From Candidatus Polarisedimenticola svalbardensis (GTDB lineage: Bacteria > Acidobacteriota > Polarisedimenticolia > Polarisedimenticolales > Polarisedimenticolaceae): a stretch of DNA of 64,000 bases. The position numbers and the translations under genes were made by a program. Below are positions 28,194 through 37,452 of this stretch, piece by piece. The notes beneath the pieces are model-generated. The model made no database searches. It had not been told where the DNA came from and saw only the letters and a list, made by a program, of their open reading frames with translations. The stretch's first letter is position 1. Every line of letters starts with the position of its first letter. The stretch is taken from assembly GCA_014764515.1 (NCBI GenBank), contig JACXWD010000014.1, positions 122 through 64,121 on the forward strand, in the 5' to 3' direction.

Positions 28194-30683
28194 GTGCGGC
28201 TGAGGTCAGACCTGATGCGCCTTGGAGTTCACGCCCTGGTCCGCTGGATATTCCTGCTGTCCGCCTCCTATCTTGCGATGCAATCCGAGGTCAACGGCTT
28301 CGCCGGCGCCCTGTTCACCATGGTGCTCCTGGCCGGGGCGATAGTGGTCCATTTCCTCCCGGGGCGGCTGGCAGCCGGCCCCCGCTTCCACTGGAGCCTC
28401 CTGTTTTTTGACACTGTACTGGTCGCCCTGAGCCTGCTCGTTCTCCTCCCGGGAGAACCGGTGCTGCTGGCTACGTTCTTCCTCGGGTCGCTGGTGGCTG
28501 TGATGACCGCCGAATCTCCCGGCTTGGCCATGGGTGGACTGGCGGCAGCCGGCCTGTACGTGGCGATCACCTCCGGCATCGGCGGAGGCGCATCCGCACC
28601 GGCCCAGACCGCCCGGGTGCTGTTTTTGCTGGGCGCCGGTTACTATTTTCTATTCTCCCTGCGCAGCATGAACCGGACCGCACGGGCCGTCAGCCTTGCG
28701 GGACGGGAGGGCCGTCAGCTCAAGGCGCTGCTGCAGATCACAGACGCCATCTCCTCCAGCCTGGAAATCAAAACCGTCATGCAGAGGATCGTCCGTGAGG
28801 TCGGCGGCATGGTGGAAACATCCAACTGTTCGATCCTGCTTTGCGACGACCGTCAGTCCACCGGGTTCGTGGTGGCGTCGGATCAGGATCCCAACGCCGA
28901 TATGCTGCAGATCAACCTGAACGAGTACCCGGAACTTCGGGAAGCGATCGTGACAGGTGAAACCGTCATTGTTAGGGACACTGCCGAGGATCCGATCGTG
29001 GAGGATGTCCGCGCAGTGCTGCAGGCGAAGGGGTACCGCACCATGCTGATCCTGCCGCTGATATTCGGCGGTGATGTACTGGGCACCCTCTATCTGCGAG
29101 CCGGACGGGAAAGACCGTTCACCGAGGAAGAAATCCGGTTTTGCAAAGCGGCGGCGGGCGCTTCGGCCAACGCGCTTCAAAATGCGAAGTTGTTCGAGGA
29201 AGTTCGGAGCGAGGCCCTGCTCCACAAGGCGACTGGAGAGAAACTGCGTCGCCTGCTGGACTGCAGCCCGGACATGATCGTTGCGACCGACGCATCCGGT
29301 GTCATTATCGAATTCAACGGCGCCGCATCCTCCGCCACCGATCTCGGCGAAGAGCAGGCGCGGGGCCGTACCCTGGCGACAGTCCTGAACGCTCCGTCCC
29401 TGGCCGCAGATCCGGAACATCAGGGCGTTGTGGAAGCCGATATTACTTTCGAGGACAGCAGGGGCGAGCCCCGGGACCTGAGCCTGGTCAGCGCACCGTT
29501 GACCGGCGCCGGCCGGGTATGGATCGGCCGGGACGTCACCCACCTGAACCGGGTGGAGCGGAGCCTGGCCCAGGCGGAGCGGTTGTCCACCCTCGGCGAA
29601 GTCGTGGCCGGTGTGGCCCATGAGTTGAACAACCCGCTCAGCTCGGTTCTCGGCTACTCGGAGCTTGCGAGGAAGAGTTCGGAGAATCCGGCCCTGCTGC
29701 GGGACCTGACCCGGGTTGTGGATTCGGCAAGGCGCTGCAAGAAAATTGTTCACAACCTTCTCGGGTTCGCAAGGGAAAACAACGCCGAGAAGAAGTACTC
29801 GGACCTGAACTCCTGCGTCCGTCGCGTTCTCGACCTGCGGACCTACAATCTCCGTGCGGCCAGGGCCGACCTCGAGACCGATCTGGCGCCGGATCTCCCT
29901 TCTACGCTGTTCGACTTCCAGCAGATCGAGCAGGTCGTGATGAACCTCCTGGCCAACGCCGAACATGCCGTGACAGGCCAGGAGAAGGAAGGGGTTCTGA
30001 AATTACGCACCTGGCACGAAAGCGGTACGATTTGCCTGGAGGTTTCGGATAACGGACCGGGCATCCCGGCGCCGGCCCGATCGCGGGTATTCGATCCGTT
30101 CTTCACTACCAAGGGTATCGGACAGGGGACCGGTCTCGGTCTGTCCGTCTCTTTCGGCATCGTGCGAGAACATGACGGCAGTCTGGAGCTGATGCCCGAG
30201 CCGGCCGGAGGCGGGGCCTGCTTCCGTCTCTCCCTGCCGGTGACCGCCATGCCGGAGCCGGCCCCTGGGGATGTGGCTGGAGGAGTGGAACCGCCGGCCC
30301 GTTGTTTCGAGGGGCGCAGAATCCTGGTGGCGGAGGACGAGCCGCTGGTGCTGGAGCTCTTTACCCGGGTTCTGGAAGGTGACGGCGCGTCGGTGACCCG
30401 GGCTGCAGACGGCCGGGAAGCATGGGATCAGCTGGTAGCCGGAGAGTTCGACCTGGTGGTAGCCGACCTGCGTATGCCGCGGATGGATGGCCAGGAACTT
30501 TATGAGCGGGTGGCGGAGGAGATGCCGGAAATGATCCGGCGGTTCGTGTTCGCTACCGGGGACATGGCCAGCGAGGCGACCCTGGCGTTCCTGGAAGGAC
30601 TGCCCAACGGAATCCTCGTGAAACCACTACAGGTGGAAACCGTCCGGCATGTCCTGGGAAAGGCGCTCTCCTCGAGCCATTGA
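28194..30683 (+). CDS. Hybrid sensor histidine kinase (TM region - GAF - PAS - HisKA - HATPase_c - receiver)
   Basis: H-box AGVAHELNNPLSSV. N/G boxes (MNLLANAEHA, DNGPGIP, GTGLGLSVSFG). C-terminal receiver (ILVAEDEP...DLVVADLRMPRMDG). Confidence 0.9.
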   Translation: MRLRSDLMRLGVHALVRWIFLLSASYLAMQSEVNGFAGALFTMVLLAGAIVVHFLPGRLAAGPRFHWSLLFFDTVLVALSLLVLLPGEPVLLATFFLGSLVAVMTAESPGLAMGGLAAAGLYVAITSGIGGGASAPAQTARVLFLLGAGYYFLFSLRSMNRTARAVSLAGREGRQLKALLQITDAISSSLEIKTVMQRIVREVGGMVETSNCSILLCDDRQSTGFVVASDQDPNADMLQINLNEYPELREAIVTGETVIVRDTAEDPIVEDVRAVLQAKGYRTMLILPLIFGGDVLGTLYLRAGRERPFTEEEIRFCKAAAGASANALQNAKLFEEVRSEALLHKATGEKLRRLLDCSPDMIVATDASGVIIEFNGAASSATDLGEEQARGRTLATVLNAPSLAADPEHQGVVEADITFEDSRGEPRDLSLVSAPLTGAGRVWIGRDVTHLNRVERSLAQAERLSTLGEVVAGVAHELNNPLSSVLGYSELARKSSENPALLRDLTRVVDSARRCKKIVHNLLGFARENNAEKKYSDLNSCVRRVLDLRTYNLRAARADLETDLAPDLPSTLFDFQQIEQVVMNLLANAEHAVTGQEKEGVLKLRTWHESGTICLEVSDNGPGIPAPARSRVFDPFFTTKGIGQGTGLGLSVSFGIVREHDGSLELMPEPAGGGACFRLSLPVTAMPEPAPGDVAGGVEPPARCFEGRRILVAEDEPLVLELFTRVLEGDGASVTRAADGREAWDQLVAGEFDLVVADLRMPRMDGQELYERVAEEMPEMIRRFVFATGDMASEATLAFLEGLPNGILVKPLQVETVRHVLGKALSSSH

Positions 30684-30699
30684 TGTGTACAATGGCGGC

Positions 30700-31431
30700 A
30701 TGAAGAACCCGCCGCCATCGATGCCGCCTCCCCTCAAGCGGACCTCGCGGTTCGAGGACTTCCCGCTGACCCGCCAGGAGTACATCAGCGTCATGGTGCA
30801 CTTCTACCGTGGTGAGATCCATCGCTCCATCAGTTGGCGAATGCGTACCGACGCAACCACCAACTGGACGATCCTGGCATCGGCAGGCATGCTGTCGTTC
30901 GTGTTCACAAATCCGACGATCCCACACATCGTCGTGCTGCTCACCAACCTGATCATCATGTCGTTCCTGAACATCGAGGCCAGGCGGTATCGCTACTTCG
31001 AGGTCTACCGGGCCAGGGTCCGGATGCTGGAAGAAAACTTCCTAATTCCCATCATCACGCGGCAACTGGAATCACCGATGGTTTCGTGGCGGGAGATGGT
31101 GGCGATGGATCTGGACCTGCCGAAGTACAAGACGAGCTACTGGGAGGCGATCGGATTCCGCCTGCGCCGCAACTACGTCTTCATATTCCTGATCGTTCTC
31201 GGCGCCTGGGTGCTGAAGCTGGCCCTCCACCCGGTCATCTCCTTCGACCCCAGCGTCATCTGGCAGCGGATGGAGACCGGCGTAATTCCGTCCTGGGTTG
31301 TGTTTCTGCTGGGCACCCTGTTTTACGGCATCATGTTCCTGCTGATCTGGGTCGGCCGCAGGATTCACGGCGGGGAGCCGGACGACGAAATCGCAGGCCT
31401 GGAGCGGAATCTGGAGCACTGGAAGCTCTAG
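30700..31431 (+). CDS. DUF2270 family membrane protein
   Basis: Start moved to ATG 30700. RQEYISVMVHFYRGEIHRSISWRMR...IEARRYRYFEVYRARVRMLE is the conserved DUF2270 core. Two or three TM helices. Confidence 0.7.
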   Translation: MKNPPPSMPPPLKRTSRFEDFPLTRQEYISVMVHFYRGEIHRSISWRMRTDATTNWTILASAGMLSFVFTNPTIPHIVVLLTNLIIMSFLNIEARRYRYFEVYRARVRMLEENFLIPIITRQLESPMVSWREMVAMDLDLPKYKTSYWEAIGFRLRRNYVFIFLIVLGAWVLKLALHPVISFDPSVIWQRMETGVIPSWVVFLLGTLFYGIMFLLIWVGRRIHGGEPDDEIAGLERNLEHWKL

Positions 31432-31533
31432 GTGGTCCGACGCAGCCTGTGGAACGGATGTGGATAACTCCGTTTCCGCCGTGGATCTCAATGGAGAGAC
31501 CTGCGGACAAGCTGTGGAAATCCTGTTGAAGTG

Positions 31534-32544
31534 TCAGGCGCCGGCCGGGTATCGCTTCTTCAGGGCGGGCAAGACGTATTCTTCCATGGCCCCGTTGAAA
31601 TCATGCCGGGGGTTGAAGCCCCAGTCCTGCCGGGCCCGGCTGTCGTCTACGTCTCCAGGCCAGGAATCCACGATCGCCTGCCTGGCCGGGACCGGTTCAA
31701 ACCGGATATCGGCCTGGGGGAAATAATCAAGGACCTTGTCCCTGAACTCGCCGGCTGTGGGGCTGAACGCCTTGATGTTGTAAACGCGGGTGGAGAGGGC
31801 GGCCTCGTCTGCGAAGGCGAGTCTCATGAACCCGTCCACGGCGTCGGGCATGGTCATGAACGGCAGTCGGGAATCCTCCCGAACGAAACAGGAATAGGCC
31901 TGGGACCGGGCCGCGGCGTGGATCATCTCGGGACCGTAGTCGCTGGTTCCGCCGGTGGGAACCGTATCGGCGCTGATCAGGCCGGGAAAACGGATCGCCC
32001 GGAAGTCGATCCCCGCATCGCCGGCATGGGGGGAGTGATTGGAGTAGTAGGTTCCCAGCAGCTCGCCGTACAACTTGTTGCAGCCGTACATGCCGGTAGG
32101 CTGGGCCCACTGATGCTCCAGAACAGCGCCGGCCTGTTCCTTGGCCGCCTGGTCGGGGAGACCGTAGACCGCAATGCTGCTGGGGAACATGAACCGGATC
32201 GACCGGCCTGTAGCCCGGGCCTGTTCCTGGCACAACTGGAGAAGGGCGACCGTTCCGCCGACGTTGACCTTGTGGGCCAGGGACGGCTTTCTCTCGGCGC
32301 TTGCGGAGAGCAGGGCGGCCAGATGGAAGACAAGTTCAGGCCGGTGTCGGTCCAGGAGCCCCCGCACCCTGCCGGTTTCGGTGATGCTGGTCTCCACCGA
32401 CTCCTTGCAGTACCCGATTAAATCGGGAGGCAACACCGCCAGATCCAGGGCGACGATCTCGTAGCCGGCGTCCGCCAGGGCAGGCAGCAACTGGTGGCCC
32501 ATCTCGCCGACGGCTCCGGTTACCAGGACAGTCTTCGCACTCAT
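31534..32544 (-). CDS. NAD-dependent epimerase/dehydratase family (extended SDR), probably SDR-type L-threonine 3-dehydrogenase
   Basis: Rossmann motif VLVTGAVGEMG, catalytic YGCNK, and a C-terminal RQAIVDSWPGDVDDSRARQDWGF segment that matches the signature I recall for SDR-type TDH. Confidence 0.7.
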   Translation of the reverse strand: MSAKTVLVTGAVGEMGHQLLPALADAGYEIVALDLAVLPPDLIGYCKESVETSITETGRVRGLLDRHRPELVFHLAALLSASAERKPSLAHKVNVGGTVALLQLCQEQARATGRSIRFMFPSSIAVYGLPDQAAKEQAGAVLEHQWAQPTGMYGCNKLYGELLGTYYSNHSPHAGDAGIDFRAIRFPGLISADTVPTGGTSDYGPEMIHAAARSQAYSCFVREDSRLPFMTMPDAVDGFMRLAFADEAALSTRVYNIKAFSPTAGEFRDKVLDYFPQADIRFEPVPARQAIVDSWPGDVDDSRARQDWGFNPRHDFNGAMEEYVLPALKKRYPAGA

Positions 32545-32579
32545 GTTTCCTCCGGTACCGTTCCCGCAGGAGGTGATTG

Positions 32580-32653
32580 TGGCTGGGGTGCAGGGATTCG
32601 AACCCCGATTCTACGGTCCAGAGCCGCATGTCCTACCATTGGACTACACCCCA
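32580..32653 (-). tRNA. tRNA-Gln (anticodon CUG), CCA encoded
   Basis: Reverse complement TGGGGTGTAGTCCAATGGTAGGACATGCGGCTCTGGACCGTAGAATCGGGGTTCGAATCCCTGCACCCCAGCCA. U1-A72 pair and G73 as in bacterial tRNA-Gln. Anticodon loop CTCTGGA. Confidence 0.9.
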
Positions 32654-32677
32654 GCAGGTGCCTGAATGGAGCGGGAA

Positions 32678-34129
32678 TTATAGCGGAGCGGGGCGTTTCG
32701 TCAAGAATTCCACCAGCCGTTCCAGCCGGGCCAGAGTCCGGTCCCGGCCGAGGAGTTCCAGGACCTCAAACAGTCCCGGGCTGCTGCCGCTGCCGGTGAC
32801 GGCCAGGCGCACCGGATGGATCAGCTTTCCGGCGGAAACATCTCTTTCTTCCGCCAGGGTTCTGAACAGCGCCTCGAGTTCCACCTGCCGCCAGTTGGGG
32901 ACGATCTCGAGGCGGCCGGTCAGTTCAACCATGTTGTCCCGGAGCAGGTCGCCCTTGAGGTGTTTCCTGGCCGCCTTCTCTTCGTATTCAAAGTCGTCGC
33001 AGCCATCCAGCATCCGGGCCGCCTGAGCCGGGAAGTCCTGCAAGGTCCGACAGCGAGGCTGAAGCAACAGGAGCAGCTTGCGGAACCACTCCTTTCGCTC
33101 CGTACGCAGATCGTCGGACCACAACCCTGCGGCCTGCAGCCCGGGACGTACCGCCTCCTCCAGATCGTGGGAACTCAGCTCGTTGATGTAGAGGCCGTTG
33201 AGCCACTCCAGTTTGGCCCGGTCGAATACTGCGCCGGCCTTGCCGATGCCGTCCAGGCTGAACTCCTGCACCAGGGTCTTGCTGTCGATCTGCTGCCGGT
33301 CGTCGCCGGGGGACCATCCCAGGAGGGCAAGGAAGTTGAACATCGCTCCGGGAAGAAACCCTTCGTCCCGGTACTGCAGCACCGAAACGGCGCCGTGGCG
33401 TTTGGACAATCGCTTCTTGTCCTCACCCAGGATCAGAGGCATGTGGCCGAACCGGGGCACCGGGTAGCCCAGGGCCTGGTATAGCAGGATCTGTTTCGGC
33501 GTATTGGAGATGTGGTCGTCGCCCCGGATGACGTCGGTGATTCTCTGGGCGGCATCGTCGGACACAACCGAGAGCATGTAGGTCGGGGTCCCGTCGGAAC
33601 GGAGGATGATGAAGTCTTCCAGGCTGTCCCCGTCGAAGCTCGTTTCACCATGGACCAGGTCGTCCCAGGAGATCTCTCCAGGCGGTACGGCGAACCGCAA
33701 GGCGAAAGGCCGGCCGTCGTCCACCATCACCAGGGAGCGGCACCCTCCGGGACAGGTCGGGCCGGGCTTGCCGGATCCGCTCATCCTCTCCCGATGTTCC
33801 TGGAGTTCTTCCGTCGTGCAGTAGCAGCGGTAAGCTTTGCCGTCCTCCAGCAGCCTGGCTGCGTCTTCGGCATGTCTCTTCTGCTCCCGGGACTGGAAGA
33901 ACGGCCCTTCGTCCGGCTCGATCCCCAGCCAGTCCATGCCGTCCAGGATGCCCTGGACCATAGCCTCCGAGGATCGTTCCCGGTCGGTGTCCTCGATACG
34001 CAGCACGAACACCCCGGACCGGTTCCGGGCGTATAGCCAATTGAACAGGGCGCTGCGGGCGCCGCCGACGTGGAGGTGACCGGTAGGGCTGGGTGCGAAC
34101 CGTACCCGAATTTGGGATTGGGCGTTCAT
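32678..34129 (-). CDS. gltX: Glutamate--tRNA ligase
   Basis: Start moved to ATG 34129 (GGAGAA 7 nt upstream). The longer ORF-track N-terminus runs into tRNA-Ser. HIGH motif PSPTGHLHVGG, KMSKS-like RLSKR. Confidence 0.95.
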   Translation of the reverse strand: MNAQSQIRVRFAPSPTGHLHVGGARSALFNWLYARNRSGVFVLRIEDTDRERSSEAMVQGILDGMDWLGIEPDEGPFFQSREQKRHAEDAARLLEDGKAYRCYCTTEELQEHRERMSGSGKPGPTCPGGCRSLVMVDDGRPFALRFAVPPGEISWDDLVHGETSFDGDSLEDFIILRSDGTPTYMLSVVSDDAAQRITDVIRGDDHISNTPKQILLYQALGYPVPRFGHMPLILGEDKKRLSKRHGAVSVLQYRDEGFLPGAMFNFLALLGWSPGDDRQQIDSKTLVQEFSLDGIGKAGAVFDRAKLEWLNGLYINELSSHDLEEAVRPGLQAAGLWSDDLRTERKEWFRKLLLLLQPRCRTLQDFPAQAARMLDGCDDFEYEEKAARKHLKGDLLRDNMVELTGRLEIVPNWRQVELEALFRTLAEERDVSAGKLIHPVRLAVTGSGSSPGLFEVLELLGRDRTLARLERLVEFLTKRPAPL

Positions 34130-34157
34130 CTGTGGTTCTCCGGGGCCCGGAGCGAGG

Positions 34158-34250
34158 TGGCGGAGAGAGGGGGATTCGAACCCCCGGAAGAGCATTAAAC
34201 CCTTCAACAGTTTAGCAAACTGCCGCCTTCAGCCACTCGGCCATCTCTCC
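34158..34250 (-). tRNA. tRNA-Ser (anticodon GCU), long variable arm, CCA encoded
   Basis: Reverse complement GGAGAGATGGCCGAGTGGCTGAAGGCGGCAGTTTGCTAAACTGTTGAAGGGTTTAATGCTCTTCCGGGGGTTCGAATCCCCCTCTCTCCGCCA. Anticodon loop TTGCTAA. Confidence 0.92.
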
Positions 34251-34272
34251 AATTTGTGCCGCGAACCGATGG

Positions 34273-34300
34273 ATTGTAGCGCACCTTGAGGGACTTTCAA
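34273..34300 (-). promoter_or_regulatory. Sigma-70-type promoter upstream of tRNA-Ser(GCU)
   Basis: On the minus strand: TTGAAA (34300-34295), 16 nt, TACAAT (34278-34273). The tRNA 5' end lies 22 nt downstream of the -10. Confidence 0.5.
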
Positions 34301-34317
34301 CTACCGGTGCCCCGGAT

Positions 34318-34403
34318 TGGCGGAAGGGGTGGGATTCGAACCCACGGAACTTGCGTTCGCCGGTTTTCAAGACCGGTACCTTAAACCACTCGGTCACCCT
34401 TCC
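34318..34403 (-). tRNA. tRNA-Ser (anticodon UGA), CCA encoded
   Basis: Reverse complement GGAAGGGTGACCGAGTGGTTTAAGGTACCGGTCTTGAAAACCGGCGAACGCAAGTTCCGTGGGTTCGAATCCCACCCCTTCCGCCA. Anticodon loop CTTGAAA. It starts 3 nt after the serS stop. Confidence 0.92.
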
Positions 34404-34406
34404 ACG

Positions 34407-35681
34407 TTATCGCTCGATTTTCGTTTTCCCGCCCATGTACGGCCGCAGCACTTCGGGGATCACCACGGTTCCGTCTTCCTGCTGGTAGTTCTCCAGCACC
34501 GCCACCAGGGTGCGGCCCACCGCAAGGCCGGAGCCGTTCAGGGTATGGACGAACCGGGGTTTCCCTTTTTTCTCTTCCCGGTACCGGATTCCGGCCCTCC
34601 TGGCCTGGAAATCCGAACAGTCGGAGCAGGAGCTGATCTCCCGGTAGGTCTTCTGTCCCGGCAGCCAGACCTCCACATCGTAGGTTTTGGCGGCGGAAAA
34701 CCCGATGTCGCCTGTGCACAGTGCGATGACCCGGTACGGGATCTGGAGGCGCCGGAGTACCTCTTCGGCGTGGGCGGTCAGGCTCTCCAGGGCTGCCTGG
34801 GAATTTTCCGGTTTGGTCAGCCAGACCAGTTCCACCTTGTTGAACTGATGCTGGCGGATCAGCCCGCGGACGTCCTTGCCATAGGAACCGGCCTCGCTCC
34901 GGAAGCATGGGGTATAGGCCGCGTACTGCAGCGGCAGGGTGTCGCCGTCCAGGATCTCACCGGCATGGATGTTGGTTACCGGAACCTCGGCGGTGGGGAT
35001 CATGTAGAGGTCGCCGGGGGAGACCTTGAACAGGTTCTCCTCGAACTTCGGCAACTGGCCGGTGCCGGTGAGGGCGGCGGCGTTGACCATGAACGGGGTC
35101 AGGACCTCGGTATAGCCGTGGTCGCCGGTCTGCAGGTCCAGCATGAACTGGATCAGCGCCCGTTCCAGCCGGGCCCCGTCTCCCATGAGAATGGAGAACC
35201 GGGCGCCGGACAGCTTGGCGGCGCGCTCGAAGTCCAGGATTCCCAGATCAGGACCGATGTCCCAGTGGTTCTTCGCCTCGAAAGAGAATTCCCGGGGCTC
35301 GCCCCAGGATCGGACCACCGGGTTGTCTTCCTCGGTTTTCCCCGGCGGTGTGGTCTCGTGAGGGATATTGGGCACTCTCAGCATGAACTCCCTGAGGTCC
35401 TCTTCGATGCCGCCCAGTTCTTCTTCGATAGCGGAGATCTTCTCGCCGACCTGCCGCATTTCCTCACGCAGTGGCCCGGCATCTTCGCCGGCCTTCATCA
35501 GCCCGCCGATCTTCCTGGAGCTTTCGTTGCGGTGCCGCTTGAGTTCCTCCACTTCACCGAGGAGGTCGCGACGGCGGCGGTCCATCTCCTGAAACGGTTC
35601 CATGGACAGGGACTCGCCCCGGCTTGCCATCGCCTCGGTGACGGCTTCCAGATTTTCACGGACGAAATGCGGATCAAGCAT
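34407..35681 (-). CDS. serS: Serine--tRNA ligase
   Basis: 424 aa. N-terminal coiled-coil arm ([14 protein letters not shown]...). Class II motifs ([37 protein letters not shown]). Confidence 0.96.
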   Translation of the reverse strand: MLDPHFVRENLEAVTEAMASRGESLSMEPFQEMDRRRRDLLGEVEELKRHRNESSRKIGGLMKAGEDAGPLREEMRQVGEKISAIEEELGGIEEDLREFMLRVPNIPHETTPPGKTEEDNPVVRSWGEPREFSFEAKNHWDIGPDLGILDFERAAKLSGARFSILMGDGARLERALIQFMLDLQTGDHGYTEVLTPFMVNAAALTGTGQLPKFEENLFKVSPGDLYMIPTAEVPVTNIHAGEILDGDTLPLQYAAYTPCFRSEAGSYGKDVRGLIRQHQFNKVELVWLTKPENSQAALESLTAHAEEVLRRLQIPYRVIALCTGDIGFSAAKTYDVEVWLPGQKTYREISSCSDCSDFQARRAGIRYREEKKGKPRFVHTLNGSGLAVGRTLVAVLENYQQEDGTVVIPEVLRPYMGGKTKIER

Positions 35682-35713
35682 GGTTCACCTTCCCGCGGCG
35701 CATTGTAGCAGGG

Positions 35714-35722
35714 TGCTATTAT
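35714..35722 (+). promoter_or_regulatory. Candidate extended -10 promoter for murA
   Basis: TG-C-TATTAT (TG 35714-35715, hexamer 35717-35722), about 40 nt upstream of the murA ATG. No convincing -35. Confidence 0.35.
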
Positions 35723-35763
35723 CAAGGGTCCGGCACTCCGTCGGAATCGATTTGGGGATCGGC

Positions 35764-37017
35764 ATGGACAAGTTGAGGATTCGGGGTGGACGGGAACTGG
35801 AGGGCACGGTGCGGATCGCCGGCGCCAAGAACGCCGCTCTCCCGGCTCTGGCGGCTGCGCTGCTCACCGAGGGCGAGATCGCATACTCCAATGTTCCGAT
35901 GTTGCGGGACGTCCGGACCATGCTCCGGGTACTGGAGCACCATGGCGCCCGGGTGGAGAACGGCACCCGGGACAGCGTGAAGGTCCAGGTCGGCTCCATC
36001 GGGTCCCACGAAGCCCCTTACGATCTGGTCAAGACGATGCGGGCTTCGGTGCTGGTGCTGGGACCGCTACTGGCCCGCTGCGGCCGGGCACGGGTTTCCA
36101 TGCCCGGCGGTTGCGCCATCGGCGAACGGCCTATCGACATCCACCTGGACGCCCTTGCCAACATGGGCGCCGAGGTCCACCTGGAGCACGGCTACGTGGA
36201 GGCCCGGGCCAAACGGTTGAAACCGGCTGATTACACATTTCCGCTGGTGACGGTCACCGGCACGGAAAACCTGATGATGGCGGCGGCGCTGACTGAAGGA
36301 ACTTCCGTCTTCAGGAACTGCGCCCGTGAACCGGAGGTAGTGGACCTGGCCGTCCTCCTGAACGCCATGGGCGCTGAAGTGGAAGGGGCCGGCACCGGCG
36401 TCATGAGGATCAGCGGCCGCCGGGAGCTGGGCGGCGCCGACCACCCGGTGATCCCGGACCGGGTGGAAGCGGCCACCTACCTGATGGCCGGCGCACTGGC
36501 CTGTCGCCGCCTGGAAGTGGCCGGTTGCCGTCCGGAAGATCTCAAGGCGGCCCTGGCCCTCCTGGAAGCGGCCGGTGTCCCGGTGACGGTAGGGGAGAAC
36601 TCCATCGTTGTGTCCCGCCCAAAGAACCTGGTAGCCGTTGACGTGGCGACGGCGCCTCATCCCGGTTTCCCCACCGACATGCAGGCCCAGTACATGGCCC
36701 TGGCGACCCAGGCCCAGGGTGTCTCGAAGATCACGGAAAACATTTTCGAGAGCCGCTTCATGCATGTCAGCGAGCTGCGGCGGCTGGGGGCCAAGATCAA
36801 TATCGAAGGCCAGACCGCCGAAGTCGAAGGGCCGGCAACCCTGGCCGGCGCCCAGGTCATGGCCACAGACCTGAGGGCCTCCGCCAGCCTGGTGCTGGCC
36901 GGCCTTGTGGCCGACGGGGTCACGGTCATCGACCGGGTGTACCACCTGGACCGGGGGTACGAGCCGATGGAAGTCAAACTGGGGGCCCTGGGCGCCTCCG
37001 TGGAGAGGGTCAAATGA
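35764..37017 (+). CDS. murA: UDP-N-acetylglucosamine 1-carboxyvinyltransferase
   Basis: Start moved to ATG 35764 (MDKLRIRGGRELEGTVRIAGAKNAALP). Catalytic Cys loop PGGCAIGERPID. 417 aa. Confidence 0.96.
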   Translation: MDKLRIRGGRELEGTVRIAGAKNAALPALAAALLTEGEIAYSNVPMLRDVRTMLRVLEHHGARVENGTRDSVKVQVGSIGSHEAPYDLVKTMRASVLVLGPLLARCGRARVSMPGGCAIGERPIDIHLDALANMGAEVHLEHGYVEARAKRLKPADYTFPLVTVTGTENLMMAAALTEGTSVFRNCAREPEVVDLAVLLNAMGAEVEGAGTGVMRISGRRELGGADHPVIPDRVEAATYLMAGALACRRLEVAGCRPEDLKAALALLEAAGVPVTVGENSIVVSRPKNLVAVDVATAPHPGFPTDMQAQYMALATQAQGVSKITENIFESRFMHVSELRRLGAKINIEGQTAEVEGPATLAGAQVMATDLRASASLVLAGLVADGVTVIDRVYHLDRGYEPMEVKLGALGASVERVK

Positions 37018-37355
37018 GCGACTGCGTCTTCTGTAGCATCGCCACCGGCAAGATCCCGTCGGATATGGTCTACCAGGATGAACAGCTGGTGGCGTTCCGG
37101 GATCTGAATCCCCAGGCTCCGGTGCATGTCCTCATCATTCCCCGGGCTCACCTGGCCTCCCTGGCCGAAGCCGGTCCGGAACACGGCCCGGTTCTGGGGC
37201 ATGTTCTCCTGGCCGCCGGCGAAATCGCAAGGCAGGAGGGGGTCGGTGACGGGTACCGCGTGGTGAACAACTGCGGCGAGAGCGCCGGCCAGACCGTATT
37301 CCATGTGCACTTCCATCTCCTGGGAGGCAGGGATATGGGATGGCCCCCGGGCTGA
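37014..37355 (+). CDS. HIT family (histidine triad) nucleotide-binding protein
   Basis: 113 aa. CVFCSI... and the histidine triad HVHFHLLGG. ATGA overlap with the murA stop. Confidence 0.92.
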   Translation: MSDCVFCSIATGKIPSDMVYQDEQLVAFRDLNPQAPVHVLIIPRAHLASLAEAGPEHGPVLGHVLLAAGEIARQEGVGDGYRVVNNCGESAGQTVFHVHFHLLGGRDMGWPPG

Positions 37356-37452
37356 ATCCGGTCTTTTAGTAGGCTTGAGCGGTTCCCCGCAGGGGAGATA
37401 CAATCGCTTCTCTTCTCACATCCCTTCCTGAACGGTATCCCGGAGGATCCCC

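Noticed and set aside
34130-34397. The N-terminal extension of gltX (to 34207), plus ORFs 34212-34397 (minus strand) and 34317-35708 (plus strand).
   Set aside because: These read straight through the two tRNA-Ser genes. The peptide GFESP/GFEP is just the translated T-loop GGTTCGAA. gltX has a proper ATG with SD at 34129, and the plus-strand ORF is antisense to serS.
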